In this document: positions 22,870 to 32,009 of the stretch, piece by piece
Numbering within the stretch: position 1 is the first letter of the stretch
How the letters are laid out: each line of letters starts with the position of its first letter
NCBI RefSeq assembly: GCF_001194135.2
Contig: NC_069002.1
Location: forward strand, 26,634,488-26,666,496
Direction: 5' to 3'
Source: Octopus bimaculoides
Taxonomy: Eukaryota
DNA length: 32,009 bases
Notes under the pieces: generated by a model
Databases searched by the model: none
What the model was told of the DNA's origin: nothing
What the model saw: only the letters and a program-made list of their open reading frames with translations
Translations under genes and position numbers: made by a program

Positions 22870-23035
22870 GGTCATATAAGCCCTCAACTGGCCTCTCTTT
22901 CATATCGGTTATAAATGTTCTGCGTCATGTTGTTTTCAGTCTACCTCTCTTTGTCCTTCTGGTGGTGTCCATTTCAAAGCTGATTTAGAACGGCGTTGCT
23001 TTGGTGACCAAATTATATGATCTGCTACTTTCAAT
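22870..23035 (-). mobile_element. RTE-clade LINE fragment (C-terminal end of the RT ORF), decayed
   Basis: Translation LKVADHII..KQRRSKSALKWTPPEG / RGRLKTT*RRTFITDMK matches the RTE motif 'ALxWTPxGKRxRGRPKxTWRR'. It carries one frameshift and one stop. Confidence 0.7.
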
Positions 23036-23410
23036 CTTCATTCTATGTGTTTGTATGTATGGCTGTTCTGATAATTTTTCCACTTTAATAATTAGATGTT
23101 TGTAAATTGGAAAAATTACCAGAAATGCCATTTCTATTCATTTTTTCAAATATATTATACTGTACCAAGGACTTTCTATTTCTTATTTTACTATATATAC
23201 ATATATATAGTAAATTAAGAGGAATGACCACCAAAGTGGATTCCTAATATGCTAAAGATGGAAGTCAAATCACCTTACCACAAAGAGTGTGCTCAAGAAA
23301 ATTTCAGCAAATTCCAAAATGTAAAAATGAGCAAGACAAATGAAAATATACGAAATAAAAGATGATTACCTACGTACCATGGTTTTGTTTGTTAATATTT
23401 ACGAATGTAG

Positions 23411-23494
23411 ATATATGCAAACTCATCAGCGTACAAAACTTACGAAACACAATTTCCAGAACTAGACACAGAATGCTCATCCGAAAGAGAGCAT
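23411..23494 (+). CDS. Weak candidate exon, 84 nt (phase 0-0: IYANSSAYKTYETQFPELDTECSSEREH)
   Basis: Acceptor TTTTGTTTGTTAATATTTTACGAATGTAG|; the donor CAT|GTATAA is weak. Confidence 0.25.
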
Positions 23495-24357
23495 GTATAA
23501 AGTTCTGCAAATTATATTTGGGTGTATCTTTCAAATGTCTTCATTTTGGCATGCTGAGGCCGGAAATAACTCTGCAGTTAATAATTTCTGCAGCTAATTT
23601 ACCGTTTAGAGAACATTGAAATAATTNNNNNNNNNNNNNNNNNNNNNNNNNNNNNNNNNNNNNNNNNNNNNNNNNNNNNNNNNNNNNNNNNNNNNNNNNN
23701 NNNNNNNNNNNNNNNNNNNNNNNNNNNNNNNNNNNNNNNNNNNNNNNNNNNNNNNNNNNNNNNNNNNNNNNNNNNNNNNNNNNNNNNNNNNNNNNNNNNN
23801 NNNNNNNNNNNNNNNNNNNNNNNNNNNNNNNNNNNNNNNNNNNNNNNNNNNNNNNNNNNNNNNNNNNNNNNNNNNNNNNNNNNNNNNNNNNNNNNNNNNN
23901 NNNNNNNNNNNNNNNNNNNNNNNNNNNNNNNNNNNNNNNNNNNNNNNNNNNNNNNNNNNNNNNNNNNNNNNNNNNNNNNNNNNNNNNNNNNNNNNNNNNN
24001 NNNNNNNNNNNNNNNNNNNNNNNNNNNNNNNNNNNNNNNNNNNNNNNNNNNNNNNNNNNNNNNNNNNNNNNNNNNNNNNNNNNNNNNNNNNNNNNNNNNN
24101 NNNNNNNNNNNNNNNNNNNNNNNNNNNNNNNNNNNNNNNNNNNNNNNNNNNNNNNNNNNNNNNNNNNNNNNNNNNNNNNNNNNNNNNNNNNNNNNNNNNN
24201 NNNNNNNNNNNNNNNNNNNNNNNNNNNNNNNNNNNNNNNNNNNNNNNNNNNNNNNNNNNNNNNNNNNNNNNNNNNNNNNNNNNNNNNNNNNNNNNNNNNN
24301 NNNNNNNNNNNNNNNNNNNNNNNNNNNNNNNNNNNNNNNNNNNNNNNNNNNNNNNNN

Positions 24358-24581
24358 CACATAAAAGACACCATTTCGAGCGTGGCCGTTTTCGTGCGGG
24401 TGACACGTAAAAGCACCCACTACACTCTCTGAGTGGTTGGCGTTAGGAAGGGCATCCAGCTGTAGAAACTCTGCCAAATTAGATTGGAGCCTGGTGTTGC
24501 CATCCGGTTGCACCAGTCCTCAGTCAAATCGTCCAACCCATGCTAGCATGGAAAGCGGACGTTAAACGATGATGATGATGA
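24358..24581 (+). mobile_element. Family B SINE-like element with a (GAT)n tail
   Basis: Reverse complement of the 1950-2128 unit with few mismatches. Confidence 0.8.
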
Positions 24582-24994
24582 TATATATATATTATACACA
24601 CACACACATTCTGATAAGTAACAAGGATGTCCAGGTATTAGTGTGTTACAGCCGTTTCAGGCAGCTCCATTTAATCAAACAATGCAAGCATTACATCAAT
24701 TTGAAATACACTGCCCTCCTCAGAAGCATAAGACTATATAGGTTTTCAACATACAGGATGCTCTATTATAATTTCTTTAGCAAATTTTTCATCAGAACTA
24801 GAGAATAAAAGACTTGCATGCTTGTTGCTCTTATTGAAGCAGACTGAGCTATACTCCAACTATAATTTGGAGTGGCAGAAGATAATAACAATGGGAGTTA
24901 AGAGATGGTAATATAGCCACATTTATCTTTCTCCTTATCACAATAAAAAGATCTGACTTGGTGCCTCAACTTAAGTACCTAATTCAACCGAATC

Positions 24995-25045
<51 letters not shown>

Positions 25046-25599
25046 ATTAGGAACAAAATCCAAAATTACAGGTAAAAACTCAATTAAAATCAATTTATAA
25101 AAAATTAAAATTAAATTGAGCTTTATAGATTATAATATATATAAAAAATATATAGTNNNNNNNNNNNNNNNNNNNNNNNNNNNNNNNNNNNNNNNNNNNN
25201 NNNNNNNNNNNNNNNNNNNNNNNNNNNNNNNNNNNNNNNNNNNNNNNNNNNNNNNNNNNNNNNNNNNNNNNNNNNNNNNNNNNNNNNNNNNNNNNNNNNN
25301 NNNNNNNNNNNNNNNNNNNNNNNNNNNNNNNNNNNNNNNNNNNNNNNNNNNNNNNNNNNNNNNNNNNNNNNNNNNNNNNNNNNNNNNNNNNNNNNNNNNN
25401 NNNNNNNNNNNNNNNNNNNNNNNNNNNNNNNNNNNNNNNNNNNNNNNNNNNNNNNNNNNNNNNNNNNNNNNNNNNNNNNNNNNNNNNNNNNNNNNNNNNN
25501 NNNNNNNNNNNNNNNNNNNNNNNNNNNNNNNNNNNNNNNNNNNNNNNNNNNNNNNNNNNNNNNNNNNNNNNNNNNNNNNNNNNNNNNNNNNNNNNNNNN

Positions 25600-25643
<44 letters not shown>

Positions 25644-25859
25644 AGTGTGTGCAATTCAAGCAGCATTAAATTGAAATAATTATCTGTGTATCATACTAAA
25701 TGTATGTACACCATCAAAAGATATGATGCTATGGAATTGTTTGAGATAAAAAAAATCTCTTCATAAACTTGCAGAATTAAAAACATGTATCAGAGTGAAA
25801 AAAACATTATTGCTGATTTGATTCACAAGAATAACAGAGGGATTTTGTGTTTTGTTTAG

Positions 25860-25927
25860 GCAGGTGACAATCAGGTGTACAGAATTGAAAAGCCTCAAGA
25901 AAGGAGAGAGATGCTGCTTTCATTTTT
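25860..25927 (+). CDS. Candidate internal exon, 68 nt (phase 0: AGDNQVYRIEKPQERREMLLSF; alternative open frame: QVTIRCTELKSLKKGERCCFHF)
   Basis: Acceptor TTTTGTGTTTTGTTTAG| and donor |GTGAGT. Two frames are open and the sequence is unique. Confidence 0.5.
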
Positions 25928-25997
25928 GTGAGTCACTGCAGCAACAATGTTTGTCTTTCTCTGATATATATTGCATTTTTAACACAATATATAGATG

Positions 25998-26112
25998 ACA
26001 GGCTTCTTTCAGTTTCCATCTACTGAATCAATACCCAAAGCTTTGGTGAACCCCAGGCTATAGTAGAAGCCACTTGCCCAAGGTAGCATGCAGTAGGACT
26101 AAACCCAGAAAC
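25998..26112 (-). mobile_element. Family A SINE fragment
   Basis: GGCTTCTTTCAGTTTCCATCTAC...GGCTATAGTAGAAG...CCCAAGG. Confidence 0.7.
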
Positions 26113-26984
26113 TGCTTATTTATTCCCATTGTTAACAATTAATTATGCATTACTGTTTGACTTTGAGACTTCAGTGGTGCAGTTGTTTATTTTTAGAATG
26201 ACATTGTAGAGTAGGCATGAAAGGCCAGATCTAGCTCATCTTATCATAAAACAGGAAGAATATTTTAGAGGGATGTGTCTGGTTTAAATGCTGAAGGGTT
26301 ATATCTATCATCCAAGTAGTCCCTGGTGAGATCTGAACTCAGATCACAAAGCACTCAAACAAATACCACAAGGCATCTGGTTTAATGTTTCTCACAGTTC
26401 CGGGTAGGTACCTTGTTTTATTGACCCCAGAAGGAAGAAGAATGGCAGTGTTGACCTCAGCAGGATTTGAACTCAGACTGCCAAATGTCAGAACAAATAT
26501 TCTGAGGCTATGTAATTTTGGTCGCTGCTAATTCTAGCCTGTCAAGCAACCTCATAAAGACTCCCTCGTTTCCTCTTCTGTCGTCAAACTGTCGTCCTCC
26601 TCTTTGGCTTTCAGTTGTCTTCTTGTAATGATTCACCTTAGAAATAATACAATTTGCAGCCATGCAACCATCGTGTTTGACATCATTGCAATTGTTGTTG
26701 TTGTTGTTGTTGTTGTTGTCGTTATGTGATTGAAATCTCCAGTAGACAAGCTTAGTTATTCATTAACTTATTTCGTTTGTGTGGTGGTGGTGGTGGTAGT
26801 CGTCGTAGTCGTCGTCGTGGTATGGGGTAAATCGAAGAACTCTTCCTAATCCTGGTCATCTCTTTCCTTTATTTTTCCCTGTTCTAATCTCTTCTCCGAT
26901 CTGGCGAACGGTTTCTGTGTCTAGCTACGGCGGAACTTTTCTGCATCTTGATAGTCAAAACATATTGCAGCTAACGCATCTAAA

Positions 26985-28030
26985 TCTCATGACGACGACG
27001 ACGATGATGATGATGATTTATCAACATTATCATTACCAATGTCTCAGCCATCATTACAATCACCGACACCGTCATCATTGTTGTCACCTTCATCGCTGCC
27101 ACTGTCAGCAGCATGAACACCACCAACCTCATTATCATTGTCATCATCATCATCATCATCATTTTTCTTATCATCACCACTATGAGTGTTGTCCCCACCC
27201 CCATCATCATTATTATTCCTATAATTACTACCACCACCGATACCATCATCATCACCATCATCATCAATAATAATTAAAAAGATATCTATCATATTCTGAT
27301 TTACTTTACAGTTCTTCTCAAAAGTATATTACATTTTAGATCATCATCATCATCATTATTATTATTATTATTGTTATTATTATTATTATTATTTATTATT
27401 ATTATCCTTAATATTATTATTGTTATTAGCATCAGTGTGACAAGTGATATCTTCATTAAAAACCTCGTTATTAGATTTTCGGCTGATTTATGTGACTCAT
27501 GCCTTTTACCAAAGGCATGAGCATCACACCATCTCGTTTCTCTCCACTGTAGGTATACGGGTGGCGGGTGGGGATGGTGGTGGTGGTGGAGTTGTGTTTA
27601 AGCCATTCGTCATCGTCAGTGCTGCGGCCACCGTCACTACCGTCATTATCACCGGCATCGTAATCATCGTTATCCTCACTATCACCTCCAGCACCACCAC
27701 CACCACCACCATGATCATCATCATCATTTTCCTGTTCTTACTCATCTTTGTTTCCCTTCTACTCCCTTTATCATCGTTAACATCATCATCATCATCATTC
27801 TAATTTGATTTCTTGTTTCATTTGTTATCTATAAAAGATTATTACTCTTGAGAAAATCACACCTTGTCACATTAGCACCCAGCATCACCAGCAGCTGCAT
27901 CATCATCATCATCATCATCCTCATAGATATCACCATCATCGTTATCCTTATTATAATCATCATAGATTCATCATCATTGTTATCCTCATTACAATCATCA
28001 TCATTGACATCATCATCATCTTCATCATTG
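26985..28030. repeat. Degenerate (ATC)n/(ATT)n/(ACC)n tracts (~26985-27270, 27340-27425, 27610-27800, 27880-28030)
   Basis: Directly visible. Confidence 0.9.
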
Positions 28031-28514
28031 TCATGTTTCTTATTACTTTCCAGCAGTCATATTTTCGATGCATTCTTTTGCTGCACAGTCCCGTGCAGCC
28101 TTGTATGCACTTTTTTGTTGCACATTCAGTGACATCTTTGCTGTTTGGCTAAAAATACCTTACGCAATATTTCCCAACTACTTTGTGGTGTAACATTCTC
28201 TAAGCTCCATGTATTTGTAAAATCCCAAAGTTTGGGCTACGGATTTCTCTGCCTGTTGCCTTTTATTATCATTTCCAAGACCCCTGTTCTTTGAGGAGTT
28301 ATCAGTGTGTTGGTCCCCTGATATTTCCAGACTTCTATATTTGGATAAAGATTCTATTTTATGTTTATTATAAAGACCACAATAACTTCTAGTAAATGTC
28401 TCTGTGTGTGTAGCTTGGAAGCAGGTTAGGTTTGGCAATAGGAAGGGCATTTACCTGTAGAAAATCTTACTTTGACAAATTCTATCTGACCAAAGATGAT
28501 GAAGTATGTATGTA

Positions 28515-29170
28515 AAGGGTGTTTGGGCAAAATGTGACAGTTTGCATAAAATGAAAAAAAAAAAAACACAATATTCCATCCAAAAATAAAAGTTGTTTTT
28601 TTTAAATCAAGAAAAACATCAACTAGATTATGGCTGAGAGATAACAGTTTAATTAAAGTAGCTGTCCTTAGCTTCCACTACAACCTGAAACAGCTCTGGA
28701 ACTTGGTACATGCATTCCTGGGAAGGTCTTTGAACACCTCCATTATCTTAGTGTTGCAGGTAGAGCAGTCAATGCCTGTCTCAGTCGCATCCTACACATA
28801 GTAATCCATGAGGTTATAATCTGGGAAATTAGTAAGCCAGAAATTCAGGTTGATGAAGTCATAGAAATTCTCTGACAACCACTTCTGACTCTTTCTGGAG
28901 GGGATGATAAGAAGAAGAAAAAACAAAGCAAATCCTGCTGCCATGCATATGTTTTTCTAGCAGCAATTCTCTCCAGCCAGGGTTTGACCACAGTCTCCAG
29001 AAGCTTCACATAATCATCTGAATTGAGCCTAAGGCCTTGTTCAAAGAAGTGAGGCAGTATGACTCCATCCTTACTGGCGACACACCCAAAGACAATCATC
29101 ACAGTTTGGAGGAACTTGGTTTCCATGATGTCCACCTCATGTCTTACAGCCGTTACACTATTCACAGACC
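28515..29170 (-). mobile_element. Decayed Tc1/mariner element (DD37D/maT-like); 3' half of a transposase pseudogene plus one TIR
   Basis: - strand translation ETKFLQTVMIVFGCVASKDGVILPHFFEQGLRLNSDDYVKLLETVVKPWLERIAARKTYAWQQD, then a frameshift, then SRKSQKWLSENFYDF...NFPDYNLMDYYV*. These match the mariner WQQD and SPDLNP-D motifs. A TIR-like AAGGGTGTTTGGGCAAAATGTGACAG follows TA at 28513-28514. Confidence 0.85.
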
Positions 29171-29459
29171 ATTGAACAGTTTGGTATCAGCATTGTGATA
29201 CCTGCTTTGAATTATCATTTTACAGGTAATTCTATCCAATATCCTGATGGCTTCCAGTCTTCCAGGTTAGCTAACTTATTCTGAACTACAGCTCTAATCT
29301 TTATGCTCTCCAACACCGTTAGCTGTTTGCCAATACATCAAGCTGTGCCTGAAGAAAAAAGGGACATAGAAAATCACAATTTGACCCCAACATCCTCTAT
29401 GTATATATGTATATGCGTATATATGTGTATGTGTGTGTTTGTGTGTACATATATATTCT

Positions 29460-29856
29460 TTTATTCGTTTACTTGTTTCAGCCATTTGACTGCAGCCATG
29501 CTGGAGCACCACCTCAAAGGGATTTAGTTGAAGAAATCAACTCCAGGACATATTCTTTGTAAGCCTAGTATGTATTCTATTGGTCTGTTCTGTCAAACCG
29601 CTAAGTTATGGGGACCTAAATGCACCAACGTTGGTTGTTAAGTGATGGTAGGGGGACAAACAGACACACACACATAAATACTTATATATATATAGATATA
29701 TATATATATGACGGGCTTCTTTCAGTTTCCATCTACCAACTCCCCTCACAAGACTTTGGTCAGCCTGAGGCTATAGTAAAAGACATTTGCCTGAAGTGTC
29801 GCATAGCCAGGGCTGAACCCTGAACCATGTGATTGAGAAGCAAGCTTCTTACCACA
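29460..29856 (-). mobile_element. Family C variant SINE (~29460-29670) followed by a family A SINE (29712-29856)
   Basis: Same arrangement and motifs as 18585-18948. Confidence 0.75.
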
Positions 29857-30897
29857 CACACACACATATATATATATATGTTCATACGTATATGTGTATG
29901 TGTGCATATTTGCATGGATAAGTGCCAGTCTTCCTCAAAAAAACCCTATCCAGTCCTACATATACATACATGTGGATGCATGATCAACCTATGAACAACA
30001 GAAACCTTACAGTCACACACACACACACACAAATGCATGCACACATATGTACACACACCTATTTATTTAATAAGGTTCTTTCTGTGGCTGCTACGTTTTT
30101 TTTTTTCTTTTTTTTTCGGTCTTTTACAAGTTTTGTGTGTTTCTTTGTAAATAATTGAGCTTATGAAGGAAGCAGGGTAAATGTTATGAAGCTCTGCACG
30201 GTTTATTTTTCTTGTTGTTATTGCTTGTCGAAACAGAACCAAAACTCTAGAGATACGATTCTACATCATTAATGCCTCTGTTCCTATATTTTATTAAAAT
30301 ATTCGAAATGAAATTATATTCTACAATAAATTGAGATGCCAGCAATTTTATTTATTTTCTACATTTGTTTATTTTTTCATTTTCTTTTATTGTTCTTTTA
30401 TATCAAGTTTTGTAGTGTTCTTCACAAAAGAAAATGGATGTGTTTATATATATATATTTGTGTGTGTGTGTCTGTGTGTTGTTTGTGTTCTGTTGTTGTT
30501 GTTGTTGAAAGTTTGCTATTTGATAGGAAACTAGTCAATATAATCTGGAATTGATTTTTATCTGGCGGAAAAGAGAAGTTTACACTATTATCATCACCAT
30601 CGTCATTGTTGTCGTCATCATGATTATGATCATCACCATCATCGTCATCATCATCATCGTCATCATTCGTTAACCATCAGCATCAGCATTTTCATGATCA
30701 TTGTCTTTGCTATCATTATCATCACTGTCTTCATCATCATCACCATGACCACCGCCACTATTATCATCATTATCATCACCACCACTGCCACCATCACCAC
30801 CACCACAATTACTGCTGCTATCACCACCATCACCACCACTGCCACCACCACAAGCACTACTATCACTACCAACATCACCCACACCACCACACCTGCC

Positions 30898-31020
30898 ATC
30901 ACCACTGCCTCCACCACCACCACCACTCCTATCACCACTGCCTCCACCACCACCACTCCTATCACCACTGCCTCCACCACCACCACTCCTATCACCACTG
31001 CCTCCACCACCACCACTCCT
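30898..31020. repeat. 30-bp minisatellite ATCACCACTGCCTCCACCACCACCACTCCT (one 33-bp copy and three exact 30-bp copies) inside a degenerate (ATC/ACC)n tract at ~30587-31080
   Basis: Directly visible. Confidence 0.95.
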
Positions 31021-31339
31021 ATCACCACCACCCACATTATCATCATTAACACCATTATAACCACCACCACCACCACCACCAACCAAAGACCTGATGATCG
31101 AAATTGTTATTCAGTTCAATGTCTTTTGTACGCATAAAGTCTAAAGGGAAAATTTTTTCTCCAAGATAAAACCCTGTAGCAAAGGTTGTTTATAGATCTT
31201 ACTCTACAGGAACACGTTAAAAATAAATATACACATCTATATTTCAATCCTCGCTGCTTCATATGCTTACACCAAAATACTTCCATGCCTCGGCACACGC
31301 TAACAAATGTTTTATTTGCCGTTTTCTCTATGGAAACAG

Positions 31340-31611
31340 ATGTTCCTACCTTGTTCCAAATGATCACTGAAGAGGTGAAATCACACAGAAACACCGTGTT
31401 TGATAATCTGCCAACATCATTTGGAGATGGTCTCGATACATTTTTACTCAGAAAAATCTTGAGGGAGAAATCCTACAGTGAACGTCTTTCACATTCTGGT
31501 GCATTGGAACTTATTAAAATCACTTTTAATTTGTCTCTCCAGATATGTTCTATAGAATATAGAGTCAACACTGAAAGTTATGATGCTTTGTATATGAATA
31601 CGTTTATATAA
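31340..31611 (+). CDS. Candidate coding exon, possibly terminal, with a CARD/death-fold-like translation (DVPTLFQMITEEVKSHRNTVFDNLPTSFGDGLDTFLLRKILREKSYSERLSHSGALELIKITFNLSLQICSIEYRVNTESYDALYMNTFI*)
   Basis: Branch-point-like CTAAC at 31300-31304, a pyrimidine tract and AACAG| precede 31340 (phase 1). It lies in the longest non-repetitive open frame of the window (about 31180-31611, ~143 codons) and has an E/D/K/L-rich composition. The CARD resemblance is a by-eye alignment only. Confidence 0.55.
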
Positions 31612-31613
31612 AC

Positions 31614-31770
31614 AACTAGCAGAGGCACCCGGCGTTGCCGAGGAATGAAACTGTTCCTTATATATTTGGAAGAAAAAAGCAAAATATGTTGTATAGAAAT
31701 TTGTTATTCTAAATTCAATTTATTCTTCGATTGAGATATATGATAAAATCAATTTGCTGTCATTGTGCAG
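31614..31770 (+). mobile_element. Possible non-autonomous Helitron-like element end
   Basis: AACTAGCAGAGGCACCCGGCGTTGCCGAGG resembles the 'ACTAG...CCCGGCGTTGCCCGG' termini of invertebrate rolling-circle elements, as recalled. Confidence 0.4.
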
Positions 31771-32009
31771 GGGTCTCTAGTGACCTTACTCCGGCTACCT
31801 GCACTTGTCTTTGCTTCACTGTAGAATACTGATCATCTACATCTACCCCTCTCTCCTCTTGTAGAGAATGAGAACATTTTTCTTGGAAACTTTCTTTGAC
31901 AATTAAAATGGGGATTAAATAAAAAAAGAAATGAGAGAAAAGTTACATGAATATCTTCACAAGAGTGATTCAAATAATGGCAACTGTGGAACACCGTACA
32001 CACACACAC

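Larger units (their letters stand above)
1212..25599. other. Assembly gaps: 1212-1892, 9157-9431, 12986-13137, 13838-13847, 15447-15458, 16027-16930, 20009-20689, 21287-22068, 23627-24357, 25157-25599
   Basis: Runs of N, most flanked by microsatellites or repeats. They could hide exons. Confidence 1.

Noticed and set aside
1146-25679. Long ORFs made of X residues (e.g. 1146-1898, 15887-16978, 19902-20878, 20943-22118, 23541-24513, 25116-25679)
   Set aside because: They are open only because they run through N-gaps.
26917-27270. His-rich ORF that recalls cephalopod beak His-rich proteins
   Set aside because: It derives from a degenerate (CAT/ATC)n tract. Other frames give equally biased Ile-, Ser- or Asp-rich strings, and there is no signal peptide or recognisable beak-protein repeat.
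30898-31020. CRISPR-like regular repeats
   Set aside because: Contiguous tandem repeats with no unique spacers, in eukaryotic DNA with no cas genes.
31350-31472. - strand 123-nt exon (DFSLKIFLSK...IIWNK) with AG/GT ends
   Set aside because: The pyrimidine tract is weak and the F/S-rich, E-free composition is typical of the antisense of the + strand exon. It is not fully excluded.

Overview
AT-rich eukaryotic genomic DNA from a draft assembly, with 10 N-gaps totalling about 4.7 kb. The repeat families and the (AT)n, (ATT)n, (ATC)n, (GTA)n and (AG)n microsatellites look like a coleoid cephalopod, probably Octopus; this is from recalled repeat families and has not been verified. Most of the window is intron-like. 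It holds at least four tRNA-derived SINE families (some with intact target-site duplications, one nested), TTAA-flanked piggyBac-like MITEs, TA-flanked Tc1/mariner MITEs, a decayed DD37D-type mariner transposase, an RTE LINE fragment, a Helitron-like end and a ~260-bp foldback element. No complete gene, RNA gene or CRISPR array is visible. Almost all supplied ORFs are artefacts of N-gaps, microsatellites or SINEs. The best coding signal is a + strand exon at 31340-31611 whose translation fits a CARD/death-fold pattern when aligned by eye. Several short + strand exons with canonical splice sites (14438-14493, 18163-18258, 23411-23494, 25860-25927) may belong to the same gene. Weaker - strand exon candidates (3899-4114, 3032-3070, 24755-24797) hint at an antisense or nested transcript. 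I see no well-supported novel biological system, and all gene calls are hypotheses.
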